Shown: positions 38,120 to 47,618 of the stretch, in pieces
How the letters are laid out: the number at the start of each line of letters is the position of its first letter
Numbering within the stretch: the first letter of the stretch is position 1
Source of the DNA: an uncultured Planctomycetia bacterium
GTDB taxonomy: Bacteria > Omnitrophota > Gorgyraeia > VGKH01 > JBHPFN01
Direction of reading: 5' to 3'
Assembly: GCA_964406665.1 (NCBI GenBank)
Contig: CAYOSQ010000005.1
Span: forward strand, 21,929-85,928
Length of the DNA stretch: 64,000 nt
Notes under the pieces: model-generated
Databases searched by the model: none
Told to the model about the DNA's origin: nothing
The model's input: the letters and a program-made list of their open reading frames with translations, nothing else
Position numbers and translations under genes: made by a program

Positions 38120-39575
38120 AATTGTCATAATATTAATTATTATTTTTTTAACGGGCACAGTTATTGTGGCTGAAGAAGAAATAAAATTGCCTAATGTCAG
38201 CGGGGCATTTTATCCTGCCAATAAGATTATTTTATCTACCCAGATTAATTCTTTTTTAAATAAGGCTCGAATTCCGGAGATTTCCCAAAACCCCGTTGCT
38301 TTAATATCTCCCCATGCAGGATATGTCTATTCTGGTGCAGTAGCTGCATATGGATATAAGGCTATAAAAGGAAGGCATTATAAAACCGTGGTGGTTATTG
38401 CCCCGAGTCATTTTGCTGATTTTCAAGGGTTTTCTGTGTGGAAGGAAGGAAAGTTTAAAACTCCTTTAGGTGACATTGAGGTTGATTCTGAATTTTCTAA
38501 TAGATTGATTAATGCAACAAATAAAATTAAATACTTGCCAAATGTTTTTGAAAAAGAACATTCTTTGGAGGTTCAACTTCCGTTCTTGCAAAAGGTCTTG
38601 AAGAATTTTAAAATAGTTCCCGTTATTGTTTCTCCACGAGCGAGCCTGGAAGATTGTAAAGATTTTGCTTCAATTTTAAATGATACGACAGGGAATCGAT
38701 CGGATGTTTTAGTTATTGCTAGTACAGATTTATCTCACTATCGTAGCGGTAAGGATGCAGATAAAATTGATGCAAAGACAATTTCCTGCATTAAAGATAT
38801 GGATTTAAATTCTCTTTGGGTAAAAAGCTCTTTAAAGGAAGTGGAGCTTTGTGGTCTTCGTCCGGTAGAGATTACAATTTTTTATGCAAAATTGAGAAAT
38901 GCAACAAATATTAAGATTTTAAAACATGCAAATTCTGGGGATGCTAGCGGTGATTATAAAAGGGTTGTAGGGTATTTAAGCGCTGTGTTTCTAAAAGCAG
39001 CTGTTGAAGGAGAGAAAGATATGCTTAACAATATTCAGAAAAAACAATTATTGGGAATTGCCAGAGAATCTTTAGAGTCTTATGTAAGAAGTAAAAAAAG
39101 AACTAATCCGCAAACTCAGGATGATAAACTTAAGCAAAAGACAGGTGCTTTTGTTACTCTTCATAAAAATGGACAGCTGCGTGGTTGCATTGGTAGGATT
39201 GTAGGGGATACGCCTTTGTATCAGGTTGTTGCTGATTATGCTGTTGAAGCTGCTGTAAACGATCCACGCTTTCCAGAAGTTAAAAGCGGCGAATTAAAAG
39301 AAATTGATCTGGAGATTTCAGCAATGACCCCGCTTAAAAAGATTAGCGATGTTAATATTATTGAGGTGGGAAAGCATGGAATATTGATGCGCAAAGGTTT
39401 CTATTCGGGTCTTTTACTCCCTCAGGTCGCAACTGAATACGGCTGGGATAGGGAAACATTCTTAGGGCATACCTGTCAGAAGGCCGGACTTCCAACAGAT
39501 TGCTGGAAAGACAAATCTACGCAAGTATTCATATTTAGTGCAGAAGTATTCTCAGAAGATTCTATTAAAGAATAA
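38106..39575 (+). CDS. amrB: AmmeMemoRadiSam protein B (MEMO1-like) fused to protein A (AMMECR1-like)
   Basis: SGAFYP, PHAGYVYSG, EHSLEVQLPFLQ, STDLSHY; then GAFVT...LRGCIG, DPRF, LLLPQV. Start uncertain (GTG 38106 vs 38070). Confidence 0.9.
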   Translation: MSGNKIVIILIIIFLTGTVIVAEEEIKLPNVSGAFYPANKIILSTQINSFLNKARIPEISQNPVALISPHAGYVYSGAVAAYGYKAIKGRHYKTVVVIAPSHFADFQGFSVWKEGKFKTPLGDIEVDSEFSNRLINATNKIKYLPNVFEKEHSLEVQLPFLQKVLKNFKIVPVIVSPRASLEDCKDFASILNDTTGNRSDVLVIASTDLSHYRSGKDADKIDAKTISCIKDMDLNSLWVKSSLKEVELCGLRPVEITIFYAKLRNATNIKILKHANSGDASGDYKRVVGYLSAVFLKAAVEGEKDMLNNIQKKQLLGIARESLESYVRSKKRTNPQTQDDKLKQKTGAFVTLHKNGQLRGCIGRIVGDTPLYQVVADYAVEAAVNDPRFPEVKSGELKEIDLEISAMTPLKKISDVNIIEVGKHGILMRKGFYSGLLLPQVATEYGWDRETFLGHTCQKAGLPTDCWKDKSTQVFIFSAEVFSEDSIKE

Positions 39576-39576
39576 C

Positions 39577-40305
39577 ATGAAAAGATTTTTTTGTCCTAAA
39601 AATAACATCGGAGTTAATGAAATCAATATTGTTGATAAAAAAGAAATTCATCATATTGTTTCTGTGCTGCGTTGCAAAAATGGTGATAAAGTTAATATTT
39701 TTGATGGGGATGATAGAGAATATTATGGGAAGATTTCTCTTATTCAAAAAGATAGAGTAGTCATTGCTATTGCTAGTAAGCGTGAGAGTTCTGCTAAAAA
39801 GGTTACTTTAACAATTGCTTGCTCAATACCTAAGAAATCGAAGTTTGATTTTTTGCTTGAAAAGTGTACAGAACTCGGCGTCGATAGGATTATTCCAATG
39901 TTAACAGATAGAACGGTTGTTGTCTTAGACGATAAGCATAAAGCTTCTAAGGTTGAACGTTGGAGAAAGATTGTTTTATCTGCTTGCAAGCAGTGTGGTA
40001 GAAATTCTTTACCTGAGGTTGATAAAGTAAAAAGTTTTAAAGATGTTATAGGGGAAGCCGGAAATTATGATTTAGTTTTATTTTTATGCTTAGAAGACGA
40101 ACGTAGAGAAATAAAAGATGTATTAAGTAAATTTGAGGGGAAAAGTATTATCGTATTTATCGGCCCAGAGGGTGATTTTACAGAAAGAGAAATTTCTTTG
40201 GCTAAGCAGTCAGGTTGTAATCTGGTGAGTTTAGGAGATAAGGTGTTGAGAGTAGAAACTGCCGCAATATTCATTTCTTCTATCCATAAATTTATTTTTG
40301 ATTAG
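39577..40305 (+). CDS. rsmE: 16S rRNA m3U1498 methyltransferase
   Basis: HIVSVLR, EKCTELGV, ACKQCGR, IGPEGDF, LRVETA. Confidence 0.94.
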   Translation: MKRFFCPKNNIGVNEINIVDKKEIHHIVSVLRCKNGDKVNIFDGDDREYYGKISLIQKDRVVIAIASKRESSAKKVTLTIACSIPKKSKFDFLLEKCTELGVDRIIPMLTDRTVVVLDDKHKASKVERWRKIVLSACKQCGRNSLPEVDKVKSFKDVIGEAGNYDLVLFLCLEDERREIKDVLSKFEGKSIIVFIGPEGDFTEREISLAKQSGCNLVSLGDKVLRVETAAIFISSIHKFIFD

Positions 40306-40307
40306 TT

Positions 40308-41627
40308 TTGCAAAATTCTTTTAATATGATTTCATCAATTTCCAAAATTAAAAACAAGAAAGTTAGATTTTTTACTATAGGCTGTAAGGTAAATCAATAT
40401 GAGACACAGTCAATGAGAGAGCAATTAATTAAAGCTGGCATTAAAGAATCTTCGAAGGGGCGGGCAGATATTTATGTAATAAATACTTGCACTGTAACTT
40501 CTCGTGCAGATAGAAAATCTATAAATTATATCAAAAAGGCAATTAAAGAAAATCCTAAAGGTCTGATTGTTGCTCTGGGATGTCTGGCTGAAAAGGATAG
40601 AGAAGAGATTGAATCAGTGGGCAAAGTAGATATTATAGCTACTAATAAGTCTAAGAATAATATCCTTAAGTTGATTTTAGATAAATTCAATTTTTCTTCG
40701 GGAATTGATAATTTATCCTGCGATAATTTAATAAGTTCTTTTTCTGGACATAGCAGGGCGTTTATCAAGGTTCAGGATGGTTGCAATAATAGCTGCGCTT
40801 ATTGTAAAATTCCTTCTGTAAGGGGAAGGTCGCGAAGCAGAAGTTTAGCTGAAATAACGAGAGAGGCAAAAGCATTGATCCAAAACGGCTATAAAGAGAT
40901 AGTCCTTTGCGGTATTTGTCTTGGCTGTTATGGAAAAGACCTGAAGCCGAAGAAAGCATTGGTTGACGTGATTTCAGCCATAATAAAATTAAAAGGTAAT
41001 TTTAGAGTACGCTTAAGCTCCATAGAAGCAAGAGATATTACTGATAGGCTTATAAAATTATTAGCAAGCTCTGATAAAATTTGTAGGCATATGCATATTC
41101 CTTTTCAAAGTGGAGATGATGAAATATTAAGACTTATGCAAAGAAAATATACAGCTTCGTTCTATAAAAAGATAGTTGATAAACTTAAAGAGCAAATTCC
41201 AGATATTGCAATTACCACTGATATTTTAGTGGGTTTTCCCGGTGAAGAAGATAAGCATTTTTTAACTACGGTTGAGCTTATTGAATATGTTGGGCCTTCT
41301 AGAATTCATATCTTTCCGTTTAGTTTGCGAAAGGATACATTGGCTTATGATTTGCCTTCGCGTGTTTCGATGAATATAATTAAAGAGAGAATTGAGAAAT
41401 TAGGTATTATTGCAAGAAGAAGTTCATATTTATATAGAAAACGTTTTTTAAATGAGAAACTTTATGTGCTTTTTGAAGATAAAAAAGACAGAAAGACCGG
41501 ATTCGCAAAAGGGTATACAGATAATTACATAGAAGTTCTTTGTGATAATTTAAACGTAACTAGTAGTACTTTAAGACCAGCTGAAGTCTTTAAAGTTAAT
41601 CCTGAATGTACATTTGTCCGGGTATAG
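40308..41627 (+). CDS. mtaB: tRNA t6A37 methylthiotransferase (MtaB/MiaB-like radical SAM)
   Basis: TIGCKVNQYET, NTCTVT, KVQDGCNNSCAYC, GYTDNY; adjacent to rsmE. Start may lie slightly downstream. Confidence 0.9.
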   Translation: MQNSFNMISSISKIKNKKVRFFTIGCKVNQYETQSMREQLIKAGIKESSKGRADIYVINTCTVTSRADRKSINYIKKAIKENPKGLIVALGCLAEKDREEIESVGKVDIIATNKSKNNILKLILDKFNFSSGIDNLSCDNLISSFSGHSRAFIKVQDGCNNSCAYCKIPSVRGRSRSRSLAEITREAKALIQNGYKEIVLCGICLGCYGKDLKPKKALVDVISAIIKLKGNFRVRLSSIEARDITDRLIKLLASSDKICRHMHIPFQSGDDEILRLMQRKYTASFYKKIVDKLKEQIPDIAITTDILVGFPGEEDKHFLTTVELIEYVGPSRIHIFPFSLRKDTLAYDLPSRVSMNIIKERIEKLGIIARRSSYLYRKRFLNEKLYVLFEDKKDRKTGFAKGYTDNYIEVLCDNLNVTSSTLRPAEVFKVNPECTFVRV

Positions 41628-41702
41628 ATGTTTTATCTTAGAGCCATAATTGATTATTTTGCATAATGTTATAGTTTTTTAGAGTTTTTAAGAAGTAATT
41701 GA

Positions 41703-41875
41703 TATATCCAGCGACCCTGGAAAATGCAGGGTCACTATCCCTTCGCTTCTCTCAGGCCTCCTCGAAGAGTGCCGAGCAAAGGCGAGGTGCAGTATTAACA
41801 CTGAGTATGCCTCGTCGTGTGAGAATATGAAGAAATGGAAGATTATGATGTATCTTTGGGGCTATTGAGGTATAC
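41703..41875. other. GC-rich structured intergenic element, candidate ncRNA of unassigned family
   Basis: Hairpins GACCCTG/CAGGGTC (41713-41733) and CGAGG/CCTCG enclosing CAGT/ACTG (41783-41814) in an otherwise AT-rich spacer. Confidence 0.35.
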
Positions 41876-41882
41876 GAATGTG

Positions 41883-41912
41883 TTGACAAGGCTTACATTG
41901 ATATTGTATAAT
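41883..41912 (+). promoter_or_regulatory. Sigma70 promoter of recA
   Basis: Consensus TTGACA-18 nt-TATAAT upstream of AAGGAGG and the recA ATG. Confidence 0.75.
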
Positions 41913-41941
41913 GCACTCTATCTGTTATCAAGGAGGTTTAC

Positions 41942-42949
41942 ATGCCACAAGAAAAGAAAAGTGACGGTTCTCATCGTCAAAAAGCATTAGAATTAGCCAT
42001 TGCTCAAATAGAGAAACAGTTTGGAAAAGGTTCTATCATGAAGCTCGGTTCTGATACCAAGCTTGATGTTGAGTCTATACCGACGGGTGCGATATCTTTG
42101 GATATTGCTTTAGGTGTAGGAGGTTTGCCTAGAGGTAGGGTTGCAGAAATTTTTGGCCCGGAAGCTTCGGGTAAAACTACTCTCACTTTAAGCGTTATTT
42201 CAGAAGTCCAGCGAAACGGAGGAGTTGCAGCATTTGTTGATGCAGAGCATGCTTTTGATCCCACATATGCAAAAAAAGTCGGAGTAGACTTAGATAATCT
42301 TTTAATGTCTCAACCTGATACCGGTGAGCAAGCATTAGAGATTACTGAAACATTAGTGCGCTCCAACGCCGTTGATTTAGTTGTTATAGATTCTGTTGCT
42401 GCACTTACTCCTCGTTCAGAGATTGAAGGAGAAATGGGTCAGATGCAAATTGGTTTACAGGCACGTCTTATGTCTCAGGCATTAAGAAAGCTTACAGGTG
42501 CTATTAGTAAATCTAAGACCTGTGTTGTATTTATTAATCAGATTAGAATGAAAATAGGTGTTATGTTTGGTTCTCCTGAAACTACTCCTGGAGGTAGGGC
42601 TTTGAAGTTTTATGCTTCAGTAAGGTTGGATTTGCGACGTATCGGTTCTGTTAAAGAGGGCGATCAGGTTGTCGGTAGTAGAGTAAGAGCAAAGGTTGTT
42701 AAAAATAAGGTTGCTCCACCTTTTAAAAATACTGAGTTTGAAATTATGCATGATGAAGGAATATCTAGAGTGGGAAATATTCTGGATATGGCAATTGAGT
42801 CAGGCATCATTGATAAATCTGGAGCATGGTTTGCTCTTGACGGGGAAAAAATAGGTCAAGGTAGAGAAAATGCCCGCCGTTTTTTAAAAGACCATTCTAA
42901 GATTTTAGATAAGGTAGAAAAGCAAGTTAGGCAGAAGGCAATTGCGTAA
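41942..42949 (+). CDS. recA: Recombinase A (no intein)
   Basis: [38 protein letters not shown]. Confidence 0.99.
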   Translation: MPQEKKSDGSHRQKALELAIAQIEKQFGKGSIMKLGSDTKLDVESIPTGAISLDIALGVGGLPRGRVAEIFGPEASGKTTLTLSVISEVQRNGGVAAFVDAEHAFDPTYAKKVGVDLDNLLMSQPDTGEQALEITETLVRSNAVDLVVIDSVAALTPRSEIEGEMGQMQIGLQARLMSQALRKLTGAISKSKTCVVFINQIRMKIGVMFGSPETTPGGRALKFYASVRLDLRRIGSVKEGDQVVGSRVRAKVVKNKVAPPFKNTEFEIMHDEGISRVGNILDMAIESGIIDKSGAWFALDGEKIGQGRENARRFLKDHSKILDKVEKQVRQKAIA

Positions 42950-42972
42950 ATATTGAAGGAGGGTGTGTTTGT

Positions 42973-44487
42973 ATGTTTAGAAAAAAGCACATTGCTAGTT
43001 TTTGTGTTATTGTTCTTTCCGCAGGTATAGTTATCGGATTGCTTGTTGCGGCAAAATTAGATATGTCACCTAAGATTGATGCTGCGACAACCAATGCTTA
43101 TGATTCAACCCCAGGGATCCTCTTAGATTTGGAAAGCGCTTTTATTAAAGTTGCTGAAGAATTTGGGCCCGCGGTTGTGTCTATTAGTACTGTTCAAATA
43201 AACAAGACCGGAGGAAGAAGTTATTATTTTGGTTCTCCTTTTGATGGTGGGCCTAGAAATAGTCCTTTCGGAGATGATTTATTCGATAGGTTTTTCGAAG
43301 ATTTCTTTGGGGAGCTTCCCGAAAGAGAGCGTAGGCAGATGGGTTTAGGCTCTGGTTTTATAATTGATGAAAGAGGATATATTTTAACTAATCAGCATGT
43401 TGTTGAAGATGCTGATAAAATAACTGTTACCTTGCCTGACGGTAGAGAATTTGATGCAGAATTAAAAGGAACAGATCCGCGCTCTGACTTAGCCGTGATT
43501 AAAATTAAAGCAAAGAATTTGCCTGTTATTAAATTGGGAGATTCTGATAAAGTTAAGATTGGTCAATTAGTTGTAGCTATAGGAAATCCTTTTGGCTACG
43601 TAATGCATAGTCCTGAGCCAACTATAACAACCGGAGTAATAAGTGCGTTGCATAGATCATTACCTAGAACTACCAGAAGAGATAGGGATTACTCTGATTT
43701 AATTCAAACAGATGCTGCGATTAATCCGGGAAATTCTGGTGGTCCCTTGGTTAATTTAAACGGTGAAGTAGTGGGAATAAATGTAGCAATATTTTCAACA
43801 TCTGGTGGATATCAAGGTATAGGTTTTGCCATTCCTGTAAATACAGCCAGAAGAGTCATCGATAAACTTATTGAAGGTAAGAAGGTTCTTTACGGATGGT
43901 TGGGTGTGGCTGTGCAGGAACTTAATGAGGATTTATCTGAATATTTCGGGTTAAGTGACAAAAAAGGTGTTTTAATCAGTAATGTTTTTGATGACAGCCC
44001 GGCTAAAAAAGCTGGTATGGAATCTGGTGATGTCATTGTTGAATTTGACGGAAAGAAAATTGAAGATTTGAAAGCTTTGTTAAAACATGTTGGTCAAGCA
44101 GAGGTAGGTTCTAAGGCTAAGATTGTTGTCTTAAGAAATGAGAAAAAAGTTACTCTTACTGTTGAGATTGGTGAACGCCCAAGTGATATTGCAGAGTTAA
44201 GTCAAGAACCAGAGGTTTCCGAAGGCTGGAGAGGTATAAAGGTTGAAGATATCACTCCTGAATTACAAGCTCGTTTTAGAATAGACTCTAATGAAGGGGT
44301 TGTGATAGTTGATATTGACCCTGATTCATCTGCTGCTGAGTCTAGTTTAAGAATTGGCGATGTGATTAAAGAAATTGGAAAGAAATCAATTAAAAACGTT
44401 GCTGATTTTAACGAGGTTATTAAAAAACTAAAAGGCAATGCGTTAATACGTACCAATAACGGCTTTGCTATTATTAAAAAGAAATAG
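42973..44487 (+). CDS. DegP/HtrA (Do family) serine protease with two PDZ domains
   Basis: GSGFII, TNQHVV, DLAVIKI, TDAAINPGNSGGPL. Confidence 0.95.
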   Translation: MFRKKHIASFCVIVLSAGIVIGLLVAAKLDMSPKIDAATTNAYDSTPGILLDLESAFIKVAEEFGPAVVSISTVQINKTGGRSYYFGSPFDGGPRNSPFGDDLFDRFFEDFFGELPERERRQMGLGSGFIIDERGYILTNQHVVEDADKITVTLPDGREFDAELKGTDPRSDLAVIKIKAKNLPVIKLGDSDKVKIGQLVVAIGNPFGYVMHSPEPTITTGVISALHRSLPRTTRRDRDYSDLIQTDAAINPGNSGGPLVNLNGEVVGINVAIFSTSGGYQGIGFAIPVNTARRVIDKLIEGKKVLYGWLGVAVQELNEDLSEYFGLSDKKGVLISNVFDDSPAKKAGMESGDVIVEFDGKKIEDLKALLKHVGQAEVGSKAKIVVLRNEKKVTLTVEIGERPSDIAELSQEPEVSEGWRGIKVEDITPELQARFRIDSNEGVVIVDIDPDSSAAESSLRIGDVIKEIGKKSIKNVADFNEVIKKLKGNALIRTNNGFAIIKKK

Positions 44488-44493
44488 TGTCTA

Positions 44494-44949
44494 ATGCAGC
44501 AAGAACTGATAAAGGCAAGAAATTCAGTTTTTCGACTTTTAAAATTTAGAGCAAGAAGTAAACAAGAAATAATCGATCGCTTAAAGAAAAAAAAGTTCAG
44601 TGGTAGTGTTATTAAAAACACAGTTGAATATTTCCAAGAGTTGAATTATATAAACGATAACGATTTTGCAGCTTCATGGGTAAGTACTAAAATTGCAAAG
44701 CCGCTTGGTCCTCGCAGAATCTTCTTTGAGTTAAAGCAAAAAGGCGTTGGGGAAGAAATTATTGAAGAGGCGTGGGATAAAGCCAGCAAAGATTATAGTG
44801 AGCTTTCAGTGGCTTTATCGCTTGCAGAAAAAAGGATGCGTTTAAATAGGGGTATAGATAAAAATAAAGCCAAACAGCGCATATACGGTTATTTAAACCG
44901 CAGAGGTTTTTCACCTGATGTAATTATTGAGGTTTTACAGAAATTATGA
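44494..44949 (+). CDS. recX: Regulatory protein RecX
   Basis: RARSKQEI, YINDNDFA, GPRRIFFELKQKG, YLNRRGFS. Confidence 0.9.
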   Translation: MQQELIKARNSVFRLLKFRARSKQEIIDRLKKKKFSGSVIKNTVEYFQELNYINDNDFAASWVSTKIAKPLGPRRIFFELKQKGVGEEIIEEAWDKASKDYSELSVALSLAEKRMRLNRGIDKNKAKQRIYGYLNRRGFSPDVIIEVLQKL

Positions 44950-47618
44950 AAACAGATTTAATCAGAAAGAAATTCTTAGATTTTTTTAAGGACAAAGGTC
45001 ATAAAATAGTCGCTAGTGATTATTTGGTGCCCAGTGGAGATCCTACTGTACTTTTTACATCGGCGGGAATGAATCAGTTTAAAAAGCAATTCTTAGGACA
45101 AATTACTGATTTCAAAAGAGCTGCAACATCACAAAAATGTCTTAGGACAGATGATCTTGAGCACGTAGGAAGAACTGCTGTACATCATACATTTTTTGAA
45201 ATGCTGGGTAACTTTTCTTTTGGTGACTATTTTAAAAAAGATGCAATTAACTGGGCATGGGAATTTCTTACAGTTGAACTTAGTTTGCCTGAAAATAAGC
45301 TTTGGGCATCTGTTTATAAGGATGATGATGAAGCTTATGATATTTGGATTAAAGATATAAAATTACCAAAGAGTAGAATTGTTAAATTAGGGGATAAAGA
45401 GAATTTCTGGCCGGCTGAAGCTAAGACTAAAGGACCCAATGGTCCTTGCGGCCCGTGTTCTGAAATTTTCTACGATTTTGGAAAAGATGTGGGATGTGGG
45501 AAAAATAACTGTACTTCAGCATGTGGCTGTGGTAGGTTTGCTGAAGTGTGGAATTTAGTTTTTACACAGTTCAACAGAAAAGAAGATACAACGCTTGAGC
45601 CACTACCAAATAAAAATATTGATACTGGTATGGGTTTAGAGAGATTAGCCAGTGTTATGCAGGGTGTAACAAACAATTTTGATACAGATTTATTTATTCC
45701 AATAGTTAATGCAATAAAAAAGGAAGTTGATGTTGCTAAAGTTAACAATGAACAACTAACAAAAATAAGAATAATCGCTGACCATATTAGGGCGGTTACC
45801 TTTGCCATATGTGATGGTGTAAATCCTTCTAATGAGGATCGTGGATATATTATCAGAAAATTGATTAGAATATGTGTTAACATTTATAGATCTTTGGGTA
45901 AAAATGATCCTATGTTGTATAAGATTATTCCTGTGGTTTCAGATGTTATGAAAAGCCCATATCCTGAAATGGTAAAGAGAAGAGAAAATATTTCTGATAT
46001 GGTTAAAAGGGAAGAAGAATCTTTCTTGAAAACTCTTAAAGATAAAGAACCAGAGTTAAAAAAAGATCTGGCGAAGCTTAAAGTTAAAGCTAAAAATCTT
46101 TCCGAAGAAAGTTTAGTTGTTGAGTTGGGCAATCTATTTTTTACATATTATGATACGAGTGGTGTCCCAGTTAGCTTAAGCGAGTCAACAGCATCAAACT
46201 ATTTTAGTAGTGCAACAATATTGCAAAGTAGCTCTAATTGTCGTCTTGTCCGTATGCCGGAACAGAAAGACCGTTCGCGTGCCGCAAGCACTATGGGAAA
46301 AGACGTTTTCTCAGGTTCTGATTTAAACTTAAAAGTAAAGGCCACTAAATTTATGGGTTATAATGCGAGTGATTCAGATTCGAAGATCATCAAAATCTTA
46401 AGTAGCAATAACGAAGAGGTTGATTCTGCAGGAAAACAAGATGAAGTTAAAATAGTTTTAGACAAAACTCCGTTTTACGGAGAATCAGGTGGTCAAATCG
46501 GAGATGCAGGCAGTATTTCTAAAAAGAGCGCTAAGTTAGAGGTATTTGATACTAAGGTTTTTGACGGTGTGATAGTGCATTTGTCTAAAATTGTTGAAGG
46601 GAAATTTAAGATTAACGATAAGGTCAAGGCCTCGGTTAATTATGAGCGTAGGATGTCTATTGCTAGGAATCATACAGCAACACATTTGTTGCAATCTGCC
46701 TTAAAGAAAGTTCTTGGTGATCATGTTCAACAACAAGGTTCTTTAGTTGCTGAGGATAGGTTGCGTTTTGACTTCTCACATTTTAAAGCTATATCAAAAG
46801 AAGAGTTTAGCCGAATAGAAGAAGTTGTTAATGGTTATATTCTCGATAATGATAAATTGGATTGCAAGGTTAAAGATTTAGAGGCTGCAAAAAAAGATGG
46901 TGCTCTGGCATTTTTCGGTGAGAAATATTCTGACAAAGTGCGCGTAGTCAGCACTGGAGATTATTCTAAAGAGCTTTGTGGGGGCACGCATCTTAATTCT
47001 ACTGGTGAGGTAGGATTGTTTAGCATCATTTCTGAAAGCTCTGTTGCTCAGGGTATCAGAAGGATTGAGGCAACTACAGGAAAATTTGCATATAAGCGCT
47101 TAAAACATAAAGAGGGGCTTATTGCTGATATTGAAAAGGTGCTAAAAGTTGAAGAAGATAAACTAATTAGTCAAACTTCTAAAATTAGCGAGGCATTAAA
47201 AAAAGCTGAGAAAAGTATCAGCAATTTGAGATTGGAGATATTCAAAAACAATTTAGATGATGTCGTAAGAAGAGGCAATGTTGTTAATGCCGTAAACGTC
47301 ATTGTTCAGAAGTGTGAAGATGCAGATTTTGGATTTTTAAGGTCTGCAGTTGATATGATAAAGAAAAGAGTTAGGTCATCAGCAATCGCCTTAGGTTCTG
47401 TAAAGGATGAAAAGGCATTGTTAGTTCTAGGTTTAACGGATGATTTAACCAAAAAAGGCTTGGACGCGTCTGAGCTAATTAAAGAAGTTGCAGTGATCGT
47501 TGATGGCAGTGGTGGAGGTAGAAAAGATTTTGCTCAAGCGGGCGGAAACAAGAAAGAAAAACTATCAGATGCACTTGATAAGGCAGCTGTAATTATTAAA
47601 GAAAGAGTAAGAAAATGA
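44946..47618 (+). CDS. alaS: Alanine--tRNA ligase
   Basis: LFTSAGMNQFK, HHTFFEMLGNFSFGDYFK, IDTGMGLER, HTATHLL, ELCGGTH, GGGRKDFAQAGG. Confidence 0.98.
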   Translation: MKTDLIRKKFLDFFKDKGHKIVASDYLVPSGDPTVLFTSAGMNQFKKQFLGQITDFKRAATSQKCLRTDDLEHVGRTAVHHTFFEMLGNFSFGDYFKKDAINWAWEFLTVELSLPENKLWASVYKDDDEAYDIWIKDIKLPKSRIVKLGDKENFWPAEAKTKGPNGPCGPCSEIFYDFGKDVGCGKNNCTSACGCGRFAEVWNLVFTQFNRKEDTTLEPLPNKNIDTGMGLERLASVMQGVTNNFDTDLFIPIVNAIKKEVDVAKVNNEQLTKIRIIADHIRAVTFAICDGVNPSNEDRGYIIRKLIRICVNIYRSLGKNDPMLYKIIPVVSDVMKSPYPEMVKRRENISDMVKREEESFLKTLKDKEPELKKDLAKLKVKAKNLSEESLVVELGNLFFTYYDTSGVPVSLSESTASNYFSSATILQSSSNCRLVRMPEQKDRSRAASTMGKDVFSGSDLNLKVKATKFMGYNASDSDSKIIKILSSNNEEVDSAGKQDEVKIVLDKTPFYGESGGQIGDAGSISKKSAKLEVFDTKVFDGVIVHLSKIVEGKFKINDKVKASVNYERRMSIARNHTATHLLQSALKKVLGDHVQQQGSLVAEDRLRFDFSHFKAISKEEFSRIEEVVNGYILDNDKLDCKVKDLEAAKKDGALAFFGEKYSDKVRVVSTGDYSKELCGGTHLNSTGEVGLFSIISESSVAQGIRRIEATTGKFAYKRLKHKEGLIADIEKVLKVEEDKLISQTSKISEALKKAEKSISNLRLEIFKNNLDDVVRRGNVVNAVNVIVQKCEDADFGFLRSAVDMIKKRVRSSAIALGSVKDEKALLVLGLTDDLTKKGLDASELIKEVAVIVDGSGGGRKDFAQAGGNKKEKLSDALDKAAVIIKERVRK

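Noticed and set aside
41783-41866. Lysine riboswitch (GAGGTGC...GAGTATGCCT...GGGCTAT resemblance)
   Set aside because: Only about half the expected length, internal conserved blocks are missing or out of order, and no lysine gene lies downstream.
42973-44487. degP between recA and recX as a foreign insertion
   Set aside because: Same composition and tight spacing as its neighbours with no mobility signs; most likely ordinary lineage gene order.
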